From positions 14,260,001 to 14,324,000 of the forward strand of contig OZ316775.1 in the NCBI GenBank assembly GCA_973851085.1: DNA of 64,000 nt, written 5' to 3'. Made by a program: the position numbers and the translations under genes. The DNA comes from Ptychomitrium polyphyllum. Its lineage: Eukaryota. The notes below the pieces were generated by a model. The model was not told the DNA's origin and ran no database searches. It was given only the letters and a program-made list of their open reading frames with translations. Positions 1 to 12,115 of the stretch are shown here, in pieces (the first letter of the stretch is position 1; every line of letters begins with the position of its first letter).

Positions 1-106
1 TCCCGTTGCAGAACACCATCACCTTCTTCGGCTTGTGATGAAGTGTGTCGCCATTTGATTCTCTTTTTGCTTTAAGTTCTTTTTTGTGCGAAGCTGAATC
101 TCTCAT
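1..106 (-). CDS. Possible exon of a gene running off the left edge (MRDSASHKKELKAKRESNGDTLHHKPKKVMVFCNG...)
   Basis: Open frame on the minus strand directly after a TAG acceptor-like site, continuing to the window edge; no recognisable domain. Confidence 0.2.
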   Translation of the reverse strand, partial: MRDSASHKKELKAKRESNGDTLHHKPKKVMVFCNG

Positions 107-1053
107 CTATAGTGAACAAGAACCTGTACTCCAAACTTTACCGGCCCTACCAGATCCTACACTGTTGAGAACGACTGTTCCATCAATGGTAACAAGTGTC
201 CATCTCTCTAAAGCACCTGAAGTGCTGAATGCGCTTATAGATAAGTTCCGTTTCTTTAGTTTCACTCGAATGTTGAAACATTGATACTCAAATAATACCC
301 TTGGGCATTATTGAATTTACTTCCGTGAGTGCTCTTGGTCTTTCGGTGTTTCGACAAAAAGCTCCCAGACTACTTTGACAGGGAGGAGTATTCACCTAGA
401 GACCCTTGGTAAGCCAGAGTTTCCAGATAGTATTTACCAGATACCGAGTCGATTACAGACGGACAAAAGTTAGCTCCATGTGACATAAGTTAAGGGGGTG
501 AACATCGAATATCTTGTCTCCTAGACATTTCTAACATACGGCTTGGTCTATGTAAAAAAGAGGAAAGATGCGATTCTCGCACCTGAATTATGTTGGATAC
601 TTGAGTCGAGGAAGAATTACAAGACCGTTACCACGAGCCTTCTAAAAATCGAAAGTTCCCTGTATGTCCCACTTTCAAGAGCCGTCTTGTTGAATGCATC
701 TGGAGAGAATGCAGAGCTCCATTGAATTAAGATGATCACAGGATGAGAAGAAAGAGATGGCGATCAGCAACGGCACAGAGACGTCATGAAGAGAAAATGA
801 AGTCCAACTCTTGAATGATGACAATCGACGGTTTAAACTTCCTCAGCTAAAAGCATTACGAGCAGAGAGGGCTAGATAATTATAGGCATTGGAGCAACAA
901 GGAACTTAAGAGCATACGCAAGAGCATACCCCTAACGATGTCCTCTTGTATGATACATAATCTGATATTCTCTGGTCCATGACACTGAACCAAGATCTAG
1001 CCAAGATATGAGGAACCAATAACATGTACAGTTTGTAATGAAGAAGGATCCTT

Positions 1054-1102
1054 GCACATCTGTTAAACTAGAGTCGCACATCTGTTAAACTAGAGTCGCA
1101 CA
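1054..1102. repeat. 22-bp tandem duplication (gcacatctgttaaactagagtc x2.2)
   Basis: Exact direct repeat at 1054-1075 and 1076-1097. Confidence 0.9.
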
Positions 1103-1309
1103 CTGAGCACTATTCTGCATGTCTCTTGGATCGAACGAAGCGAATCACGGAAGAATCTGAGAAGAGTATATGCAACTGGATGGGCAACACAATGCAGTCA
1201 GAGCGTCTAGAACTTGAGAGATGCTCTACCTGGGCCTATTGAATACCATTCTGTACTGCAGAAGCCTGCTCCACAGCAGCCCAATTGATGCCACGAAACA
1301 CCGGAAAAC

Positions 1310-3150
1310 AGAAAAAAAAAATTAAAAATTAAAAATAAAATAAAAAAAGTGGCAATGAAAGTCAATTGATTTAATTGTTGGAACTGTACTGTACATAATA
1401 GTGAAGGACATGCATGCTAGGAGAGTGTTGACATGACACATTCTTGTAGACACTTGAATAAGAGGACATGCTTGTAGACGTTTTTGATGTTCATGCAAAG
1501 TTTGTACATAGGAAGTATTTTACATTTTAAAATGTCATAAATGTTGTACCTTATAAGAGAAGGTAAATTATTATGTATGTGAAAGAAAAATTATCTTGAA
1601 TTATTGATTCAATAACATTTGTGATATAGCCAATTGACAACTTTAGTTTTGAACTTGTTGCAAAGATTTGGCAAAGTAGATAATAGTATAATAATAGACC
1701 TATAATATACCATAAAGAATAATCATTGTAATCATTTGCAAACTACAAAGTTGCATAATGATAATCCTACTAACTGCTACTATGATGTAATGCATGCAAA
1801 CCATTGCTAACTATAGCCATTCATAGCATGCTAAATGCTTTAGAATTCATGCTATATGGAGAAATATTTAAAATAGAAGAAGAAACTTATATTAAGAAAC
1901 TAAAATAAAAAGGCAAGAGTGCTAGGTTTTGTGAAGTATGTAATTCTATTATTGCCTTATTTCTATAACTAATAGCAATAAAAAAACTAATAACCACTAA
2001 ACACATGTTTAATAAAGATTAAATGTAAAATGGGATGGACAATAAGGAAGAAAATGGTGAAAATGGAACTAAAAGTGGATGCAATTAGATTTATGGACAT
2101 AAATTTGCAATGTTGGGTATCTAAAATACACTTTATATTTAGAAATAAATAGATCTAATTATTTTGAAATGCCAAAATTTTACTTTTACACAACAAAATG
2201 TATATATATATATATATAGTGTTACACATAATTTTAAATGATTAAGATTCCATTAAGAATATGTCAAATTTTGCAACAATAGCAAAGATAGTAATAAATA
2301 AATCCATTATTATATTTTTGTAGTAAAGACATTAGACATACATCCAAATTTTGTTGAATCAAGGTTTCAAATGGCTAGAAAATTTGGCCATAATTGAAGA
2401 TTTAAGTTATTTATAAGCTTTATAAGTTTGAGTAAGATTATTTATGGATTTTATTACCCCCACTTCTATTTAATAAAATAGAAATAAGGGTGCTTTTAAT
2501 TTTTAGAGATGGAATAATATTTACATCTTTATAAATAAAAATTGTCATATTACAATTTTGATCAGCAATAATACATGCCTTATGATTACTTATAAACCAT
2601 TTTTTACAGTGATATACTTCATTTTGATGAATTTTCTAGAAATGCAATGTAATATATTAAAAAAAGAAGCTTATTAGAAAGTGTAGACATGGCTTTCCAA
2701 AAGAAAAAAAATCTGCATATACAATTTCTATCTTTTAAGGTTGTTGAATTAGAAACAAAAATGAAGTTCAAAACTTTCAAAATTCTTAAGAAGTAAAGAT
2801 AGGTATATTAAAATGATAGATATTCTTAAGTTTTTAGAATAAGATTATTTTGTATCAATCAATTTAGTTTTCCAATTCAAAGCCTCTAAAAGATCAAATA
2901 GAAATATGACTTAAATGTTGAGGTATTGATTAAGCTAACTTAAAGAGGAATAAATAAATAATATTTTTCCAATATTTATATATGTATCAATTTTTGATTT
3001 AAAACCAATATATCTATGTACACAAATTGAATGTCACCTTCACGTTGTAGAGCAAAAATTTGCTATAGAAAGTTGAACCTTTCAACTTTGAAGTTTCAAA
3101 CACCATAGAACCATTATGCAATCTCAAAAAGTTGTAACTTCCAAATCATC
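1310..3150. other. AT-rich decayed intergenic block, probably an old transposon or pseudogene relic
   Basis: Strongly AT-rich, CpG-depleted, no ORFs, (TA)n at about 2201-2218; family not recognisable. Confidence 0.4.
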
Positions 3151-4424
3151 ATACAAAATCTAAACAAGTGACCTGACATTTTCTTTCCAGAACAATGACT
3201 GAGTCTGCTCCATCCTGCAGTTGTCTCTAGAAAGGCATATGGTAGAACTTATTCCATTTAATAAATCCACTAATTCATTTTCCATATGCAAAGTGCATAT
3301 ATGAGAACAGCTCTGCACTTTCTGAGATTCAACAAAAGCACTTAGCATTATGTCCTGTAACCTTCGTCCCTTGGCCGGCCTTGGAAGGTTACCAAGTCCT
3401 GTCAACGTTGTTGCAACCATGTAACCCATGCCTTTATAAAAGCTTCATAGCATCTTGTGAACAGGAGATGGTTGGATTACCAAGTCCAAGAGATAAAGAT
3501 GTAAATAAGAAAGGGATGCAGCTTCCACATAAGCTTTGTTGCTAGAGAACTTGACGACTCTGGTGTATTAGATGGTTCCTTTGTTGGCCGCCATCATGCT
3601 AAACGATGACGCAGTTTCTGCAATCCAGAGAGAGAGATCGATAAAGCCGAATGTGTTGAAGTCGATGCGCACAAGACTAAATAGTCCAAGTTTCGACTTC
3701 CATGATGGGATTTCAGTGTGGATTTGCAACAATGATCCTTTCAATGGCTTTCCAAAGCAAAGATAGTCTGAGTTTGACACAGAAATGGCACAACAATGAC
3801 AAGTATCACAAGTGAGCAAGAGCAAGCAGAAATGATGGCCAACAGTTTTATGGCCATCATTTATATCGAAACATAGACGGATGCAGAGTCAGAAGCTTCT
3901 CAATGCAAGGAACTTGTAAACATAACATAGCTTGTTAAAGCTATGTTAGTTGCAATTTGCGTTCAAGCTAATCTGTTAGCCATCACCTAAAACGTTTCGA
4001 AAGTGGACGTCGACAAGTCAACATGACCACGAAGATTCCTGCAGTAACGCTGTAGAAGTCAGAGAGGTATTTTCCGAACAGAGAGTTATCGTTTCCAGTT
4101 TACGAGAGATCAATTTGCTACACACACTTCAACAAATCATTGAACATTTTTAAGCTCTCAGCCAATTCAGAGCCGCAAGCATTTCAGAAAAGCTATGATC
4201 CTCGAATCATGTACAAGACCTGAGCGACGTCCCATTACGCTACTGCTAAACGGGCTACTAGTCCTGTAATATACCTACAATAACTCGACATCCTCCGGTG
4301 ATCGATAGTAATACATTTCAAGGAAAACTTCAAAGTTTTCGAAGTTGACCAGGAATACACATCACTGACTCACTCACCCTGAACTGAAAGAAAAAATCAA
4401 GAAAAACTCGTTCCACAAGAGAGC

Positions 4425-5329
4425 CTACAAACTCTTGGTCAACTTCAAAAGGCGAACAGGCCACAGAGCAGCAGACAAAGCCAACAAGAAGAAGGCGAAG
4501 AAGGACATGGCCACGGACGCATTCGCCGTCTGGGAGAAGTTCGAACTAGTGTTGCCCAAAAGGACAGCTGAATCTGCTCCCGCCGCAGATGCTGCTATTA
4601 AGGCATAGGCCAAAACCTGTTCCAGAACACCAAACAATGGAATATTTCAATCATCATGACCACATTTTACTTTGCAGCAACCTCCTGACCAATGTTCCGG
4701 GAAAATCTTAAAAGTCGGTTTCTCCTAATAAGGAGAAAGGGTGATGATAGGTACCGTGTCGAAGATGAAGGTGAGCATAGCGAAGCCCGTAGTGGGGGAG
4801 GAGACGAACGAGCCCTTCCTAGATATGTTCACAAAGCATTGCACCAGCTGCACTACGGCGTACAAAAAAACGATGCAGTTCACTGCTAGCACACCACTGC
4901 ATCACAAAAATGGGTGACGGTTTACGTCAGTATGGAGCAGAAATTTGAGCTTGTTCGAAACAGGAAAAGGTGCTTTGAAGGTAGTTCGGTCAGTGAAGGG
5001 GGTGCTCACATAAATGCTTTGACTGCGGTGAACCTGACGGTGCTATAGTAACTATAATAGTCATAGTAATCGATGTTCTTTTGCTTGGTGGCTCCCATGA
5101 TGCTGAACGCGAGGAGCGTGAACACTATCTGGCCAATGCGGAGGCAGAGAGTGATGACGCCGAACGCGTTGGAAACCTTGCCCATGCCCACTGGCGATGG
5201 GTTGTACATCGTAGGCGGGGTCGCAGAGCCCATGGGTGGCGCTTGCGTCACGTGCTGCGGCGCCCTTACCTTCTCAAAATCGCGCCCATTATCGAACGTC
5301 TCTGATTGCCATGCCCCACCAGTCGCCAT
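4425..5329 (-). CDS. CASP-like (CASPL/DUF588) four-TM protein; exons 5329-5010, 4896-4755, 4616-4425
   Basis: GT-AG exons join in frame. TM1 LCLRIGQIVFTLLAFSIMGA, RFTAVKAF, conserved Asp in LTFIFDT-VLAYALIAASAAG, and ASVAMSFFAF match CASPL motifs and the usual 3-exon layout. Confidence 0.88.
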
Positions 5330-8300
5330 TCTAATCTTCTATATCCTCTATACAACAATCGTACTCTTCCTTACTGTACTGTATCTTCAACCTCGCAACT
5401 CTCTCACAAAACCAGTCCGAGGGTCTGAGTCGCAGAATGGAACTTCGTTGCTGCACCCTGAATGCCGTTTATATCCGTTTGCAACGATTGTCTTTTAGGT
5501 TGCGTCCCAAAGCAAAGTCTAAGCTTGATATCGAAATGACGCAACAATGATGAGTTTGACAAATGACCTGGAGTGAGCAGCAGAACCCACTTGCAGGGTG
5601 AGGTGCAACTAGAGCTGTGCTAAAAAACCGACTTCAGCCCTGAACGACAAGATCTACCTTACAGTTGACAAACGAAGTTATACGTTTGAGGTTGACAAAG
5701 GAGGTCTATGGACGGCTTATTTATGTGAAACCGAGCTGGAGATGGCGCCGTTCTGTACCTAAGAGAGTCCGCGTCGTTCCGGCACCACACGGCCCACTGG
5801 TACCGGAATGGCTGCGATGGCTTTAGGACGTGAAGGTAATGGAGCCCTTTTGGTGGACGTTTGCCAAACAGGTTCTAAGGGCTTCCTTGTAGCGTTTGTC
5901 ACGAGTCAAAGGGCTTCTGGGACAAAATTACTGTGTGGAAGTGCCAACTTGCGCCAGGTGCATTGCATGATCGGAGTCAGATTTTCTATATTAGGATGAT
6001 TAAGAAAGCATAAAGTTACTGAAAAACATGGGCGGTAGAATGCTCGAAATGCCCTATCGCCGGGTGGGGTTTGGGATGGACAAAACTAGTGACTGTTTAC
6101 ATTAATGAAACCACTTGCTTTGACTTGTGCGCAAAGTCAGCTGCGTCCAGTCTGCAACCCACAATTGCAATTTACTATTTGGGGTCCACCTTGTCCACGA
6201 AATTTACAATTTGGCAGGCATTCATTGGCAAGTCCGTACGATCTAGAGTATCCAGCGCATAACATTGTACAAGAAATACAGTTCCTTGCATATATCACAG
6301 GTCACAGCTAAGAGTTTTTTACATTGTAATTGCATAGAACTACAAACAAGGAGGGAAAGGAGGAGGCCATGTATGGTAACAAATGACATTGGTGTCATAT
6401 TATGTGCAATATATTAGCAGTTCTAAGAATAACAGAGGGAACTATGCTTTTGCAAAAACTATCTTACAATAATTCTAGAGCAATCTTCTTTTCTTATTCA
6501 TGAACAAAAATTATATTGACTATATGAATTCTCAAAACTTCATGACATTGCAAAATGGAGTTTTAAAAAAAAAATAGTACAGAGGGATATGTACATACAA
6601 GTGCATTGAGATACAGTTCTTTGGAGTCATTAGAGTTTACTAATTTAGGAGCAAAATTTTCCTGCAGTAACCATCGGCTTCCAGTTCTTCCAAGAATCCG
6701 CCTTTTCTTTCTTTTTACACTTTGGGCACAATGCTCGTTCTTTTCTAACACAAGCACAAAGTGATAGCACTTGAAGCCGTTACACGTAATTTTCATTTGC
6801 CCTTCTCGTACTTCTGAATTGAGAGCGCTGTTGGCTTGAGGTCTCTTTCCAGTTCTTTGCACAAGAAATAGGGGAATTGCAACTGTGTTACACCACTGAG
6901 AACAAATGTGTTAAACCTCTGAGCTACAAGATGATAAAATATTTGCTTGCAGTATCGACTGTTCTTCTCTTCGTCGGTAAAATTTATGTATCAGAAAGTA
7001 TCTGACAGGTCTACTAGTGTCAGGCTACCGATGATTTGCAAATCATCGGTAGAATCATTTCATTCTAAAGCAAGCCGACAGCTTCAAATTAGCTGAAATG
7101 TGATTTACGGACGCGGTCCATAGCAATGACTTTCTGCGCAAAGTACACCAATCTACCAATATGGCTGATGATAAGCTTAAGCGTTAGAATTCTTCCAACT
7201 TGAAGCTTTTGATACAGGTCAGACAGTAAAATAGACGATAATCCTCGAGTGGTTCAAAGCAAACTCTTAGCCGTGCATCAAGGCGACAAGGTAGGGATAA
7301 ACACGGAGCGATTTCTCTGTGGTTCCCTATACTATAGGCCAATTACTATTAAATACCCATTTGAATGTACAGAAATGTCTCCGTCTAAACTAGGTATAGT
7401 TCAGCGTTCAAGCGTTCGGGACATCAGGTAAGAGCCACAGGTCCGCCCTGACCTACTTTCACTAACGTCAAAGCGAGCGAGTACGCACATTTTAGCCTAC
7501 TTGCTTGCATAGCTGTCATCAGCTTGCAGCTAGGTACAGCTAGAACTTTGTGCACACTCTCAGTAGTTTAATTGCGGACGTAGCACACAGTCGACTAATG
7601 AGCAATTCCAAATGGGAACATGGACAAGACGGACAAGTGGTGAACAGGGACATCAAACTCAAGAACAGCATTGATAATGAGCACATTGCACTCAATAAAT
7701 CACCATAGATTCTTCAGAATTCATGGTCTAGACAATCGTACTTTTCATAACCCGAATTAACATTCGAAGCTTCAACTTCAATGCTAGCAGCAAAACCTGC
7801 ATTGCCATTTCTCGCGAAAGGGCAACATGGAGGGATGTACATGTAAGGACGAAACGAGATACTAAAATATCCGCAGCAACCCTTGGTGCAGTACCAGTTG
7901 TTAATCACTTCATCAGGAAATGCCTCCGCGAACCACTTTAGTGTCCTCTGGAAGTAGAATATCAACATTCATATTTCATAAAAGACCTCTCCTTGGACTT
8001 TGATAACCGTCATACCTCAGCAGAAAAGACAACTGTAGGAAGTGAACGTGTCAAATTCTTGGTCAGTAGCTCTGCAGCTCATTCTGCATGAACCGATGCG
8101 TCCAACACGAACTCCACCACCTCAATCGGGTGTCAATCTTGAGGTTTGAAGGCGGCTTACAGAGATATCACTAGAAGTTTCTGGTAGAGGATTGGCACCA
8201 GTTGGCAACAACGAAGGTCATGAAATTGTAGTTGCCCCGGACCCCTTCTCCTTCGATCACAAAACAGCAGTTCTGCATAATCAGTGTACAATGTTAACAT

Positions 8301-10091
8301 TTGGGACTTTGGAATTTCCCATTATAATGAATATAATGTTTTTGGCACCATCAAGACAGAAGCAACTCCAGATTGCTTGCCTTCACATTTGATACTTGTT
8401 TCCCTCCTGTAGAAAACATAACTGAAGGTATCCCCGGTCAGAAAGTGTAATCAATTTCGTAAAGGTGAACCAAACTTCTACGACCTAGCTTCTCCAATTT
8501 TCGAACTTGAGCGGTAAACATATTCCTGCTGAAAATATCATAAAACTACAAGTTTACAATTGGGTCACGACATTGACAATCAAACAATACTAATCTACTT
8601 TGAATGTTGATAACTTTGCGCCCTCTTTGATCAAATTCCGCATGACCAAGCCCACAAATTTCATAGAAGTACTAAAAAAAAGGAATATCCGTTGACTGTT
8701 GAAGGGTCTCTGAAGTAAAGAACACTACCTCCTAAACATCTATTTGGTTTCAAACCTTTAACTTAAACAAACTTTCTGTGCAAGTTTTAAGATGAACATG
8801 ATATCCTCTAATAAAACCCCCTAACAAACTCAAGTTCAATTTGACTAGTGTCCACAATCTTCAAGACAGCTAATACAATCGGACAAACTTCATCACAATC
8901 CACTTCATTACAGATTCATCAGGTCCTCCAATAACGCCAACCTACCATTTCTCAGTGGTACCCTAGTACGCACCTCATTCTATTTAGGAAGAACATATCG
9001 AGCTGTCTGCAATATTTTCATATGAGAAATCGATGCAGGAAAGTGGGGAAACAACCTCACCACATCACCTTTACCAAAAGAAAGTACACTAGTGCAATTG
9101 AGACTTGTGCGCATTGCATCTTACTACGTGTATGACCATCATGCACAAGAACGCCTGCGGATCTAAATTTCAGACCCTACACGAAATGCTCAAGTCAAAT
9201 GCCACACCAGACGACCGAAGTTGCACTTACGATCGGAGTCTCGATAAAAACGCGAGGTAAATCCGCTGCAGGTGAGAAGTGTGGACAACATTAAGAGCAG
9301 CACTGCAAAGAAAAACCTCTGAAGCCGGCGAGATCCGACCTTGACGCCAAATTGAGCACAGTTCATGATGCGTGTAGCTGATTGTGACATGTATTAGCAG
9401 AGTAAGGTGACATGCTAGGCAGGACATGACCTCGACACACAGTACAGCATTGCTTAATTTGATAGGGATCATGTAGAGCACCTGAAGACGAGAGGAACTT
9501 TGTGCAGACTACGAATCTAATGTGCTATGCACATCGATCACAAAGAGAGTACATTTACTCACTTCATTAATAATTACTTCTTTCTACCAGTTTCATTGTC
9601 CATAAATGCCGTATTTCGACTACTTCTGCAGTCGAGAGGAAACTGGCACTTTCAACGATCATGTCGCATAGATCTCTGTATTTGCCCATGCTCCTTGTAC
9701 ATGTTGTAGTAGCCAGTCCGGCTCTGATAACGCACCTAGATACTATAGTTCTTGATGGTGGTGGGGTACTCCTCAAAAATCTGGAAATGAAACCAGAGAA
9801 GCGCCCTGTATCTGCAAAGGTCAGCTTCTGAAGAAAGTTTTAACATGAAAAGATTAAATCTTCAGCTTCAGTTCATTGCAGGTGGAGCTCCTTTTTAAAG
9901 CATAAGATGCATTAGCAAACGAACAACCCTAGACTAACGTCGGTAAGTCGGTTCAATTTTTTTTGAATTTAATAATCGACACAAAAAAGATGGTGTTTTT
10001 AAACACCATTTGTTGTGATTTGTCGCAGGGATTCTTCAAAATTTCCAGTCTCCCGATTCACTGTCAAGTATCCCAGTGACCCATCAATCGA

Positions 10092-10682
10092 TCACCTCCG
10101 GCATCGGCGACTATGTCTGCGATTTCTCTGATGCCTCCCCCGACGACGATTGTGACGACGTCTCCAGCGACGGCTACTCCGTCATCTACTGTGACGACGT
10201 CAGTGGCTGCGATAACACCTTCCATCAAGATGACTCCGCCGAGTATATTGCCGAGCAGGCACTCCGATCTCGTCTCCACCCTCATTCAGCTTCGCCACTC
10301 GAACCAGTTTGTAATTCGAGCCCACATTCTCCACTTGGCCCTTCTCCAGCAGCCCTTTCAGAGCCGTGGTGAGCAATTTCCTTTTCTTGACGTCAACCTT
10401 TCCTGTATAGTTTGATTCTAGTTGTTGCCTGATCTGAGATGCGTCATGGGCCCCCTCACCAATGATTGTCCGGCTGCCATCCTGGCAAGATCTCAATCTT
10501 TTCTCAAACACTTCCAGCAATACCACGAGCTTAACAGAACACTTCCCCGAACTGACACTATGAGTTTGACTGCCGAAGCTTTATACCTTCTTGCCTGTGA
10601 CCGTATGGTCTGCTCATTGGTTTGCACGAAGCGACGACTTGGGCTTAACCTTGTGGTTCAGCTATATTTCACGAGACGTCAT
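10092..10682 (-). pseudogene. Linker-histone H1 globular-domain protein with Arg-rich protamine-like C-terminus, interrupted by in-frame stops
   Basis: One frame from ATG 10682 contains SQIRQQLESNY...KRKLLTTALKGLLEKGQVENVGSNYKL (H1 winged-helix-like), then RRHSR*RSSRRWRRRHNRRRGRHQRNRRHSRRCRR*. Internal stops at 10662-10664, 10614-10616, 10581-10583, 10200-10202 and 10182-10184. Confidence 0.7.
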
Positions 10683-11589
10683 TCTTGCTAGACGACGACA
10701 TTGCCATTCGATGATCCATGATCATCCTCTTGAATTCTCCAATTGCAAAGAGCAAAGCCGTATCTTGGCACGAAAGGAATTCATAGACAGATCGAGGAGA
10801 TTGCTTACTGCCCAGAAGTGGAGAGACGCTACAGTAAGGACTGAAGAATCTCAGCATGCCGTTGCAAGATGTGTGTAGTGGAAAAACACTTGTGTATTAA
10901 AGAAATGCTACCACCTTGTATATTGACGAGACATGTTTAGAAAGCTATTTGGATGCTTGTAACTTGGATTTTGCACATTTTGTATAGAGATAAGGAGGAT
11001 GTGCTTCTATAAGTCCAAACAAACAATATTGTGTATAAAAGAACTTCTAAGCCCATCTACATGTGAAGTATTATTGGTTAAAAACTAAATGGATTGTCAA
11101 TTTACATTTGTTAGAATTTATTGAAAATTTTGGATTCACATTTAACATTGAAAAATTGGCTTTGATAATAAAAATTGATGTCATGTTGAAGCTTACTTGC
11201 ACTTGTTAAACTCCATGCATACATGCAATGTGCATACAATGCTCAATGTATTCAATTAAAATTTTATGGTCTTTGGATTTTAATAATTTGATAGCAATGT
11301 AAAATAAACTTTGGATTCTATGTCCAACATCATGTAATCATGGAGAATGCATTGCTCCGGTTCTTCAAATATACCAGCCCTAATGTAATCCTTACAAGTA
11401 TGTAATGGTGCACATTCCATGATAGGGCCTAAAATGTCATTCTTCTCATTTTATATCAAACTCGTTGATTATATTATGGTTAGGGTGTTCCCAATTATCT
11501 AGGTTTTCATTGCACATGAAGTCGAAGACAAGCACTACAAAAAATATGAGGGTTGATTAAGTCTTTGAAGACAGTGTCTGAATCAACCC

Positions 11590-11790
11590 TGGTTTTTGGT
11601 ACTGAAAGAACCCTCACAGCTGCAGCAGATTTCAGTGCTGAATCTGCTTGAGGTTGGCTGCTTTGACGAGGAAGCTCTCTTCTCCTGCTCTTTGTTTTCA
11701 TTAAGACGTTTGATAGCAACAAGCCCTCCAGATGGTAGGATTCCTATGTACACATCCCTTAATGCGCCACCGTGAAAGGAGCTCGCTTGT
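11590..11790 (-). pseudogene. Receptor-like kinase N-lobe fragment (subdomains I-IV)
   Basis: GGALRDVYIGILPSGGLVAIKRL, then after a frameshift FLVKAANLKQIQH*NLLQL*GF, which resembles RLK 'GGFGxVYxG...VAVKRL...FxxE...IxHRNLVQLRG'. TGA stops at 11632-11634 and 11614-11616. Confidence 0.75.
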
Positions 11791-12115
11791 GCTAAATTGT
11801 TCATTAAAAATTATTTACAATAGAAACATACATGTGAAGCGAAATGCTTTAAAATTCAATTGAGAAAGCACCAAATTTCTTTGATTCATTTCCTGTACAA
11901 TCGCTGGGAAGCAGGGTTCCTGTAGGTTCAGTGTCGACAAATCACAAGAACCATCTCGTATCTACAGTCAGGGATAATTAGAATTGTGTCCCCTGCAAAG
12001 ATAGTGATACTCCTAAGCTGCATGTCAATTCACATTACTATAATCCGCACACAGCAGTCGGCGTCATTAACGACGGGTTCCTGTGCAAACTAATTCGGCT
12101 TGAGAGATAAATTAA

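Noticed and set aside
3160..3825. Short ORFs next to the AT-rich block
   Set aside because: No recognisable homology or consistent splice structure
7700..9800. Exon-like segments with short ORFs
   Set aside because: All frames tried contain stops and no family motif was recognised; could be a decayed gene but unsupported
10182..10664. Stop-codon recoding or U-to-C editing as the explanation for the in-frame stops
   Set aside because: All three stop types occur, neighbouring genes use the standard code, and reverse editing is known from organelles; methylation-driven decay is simpler
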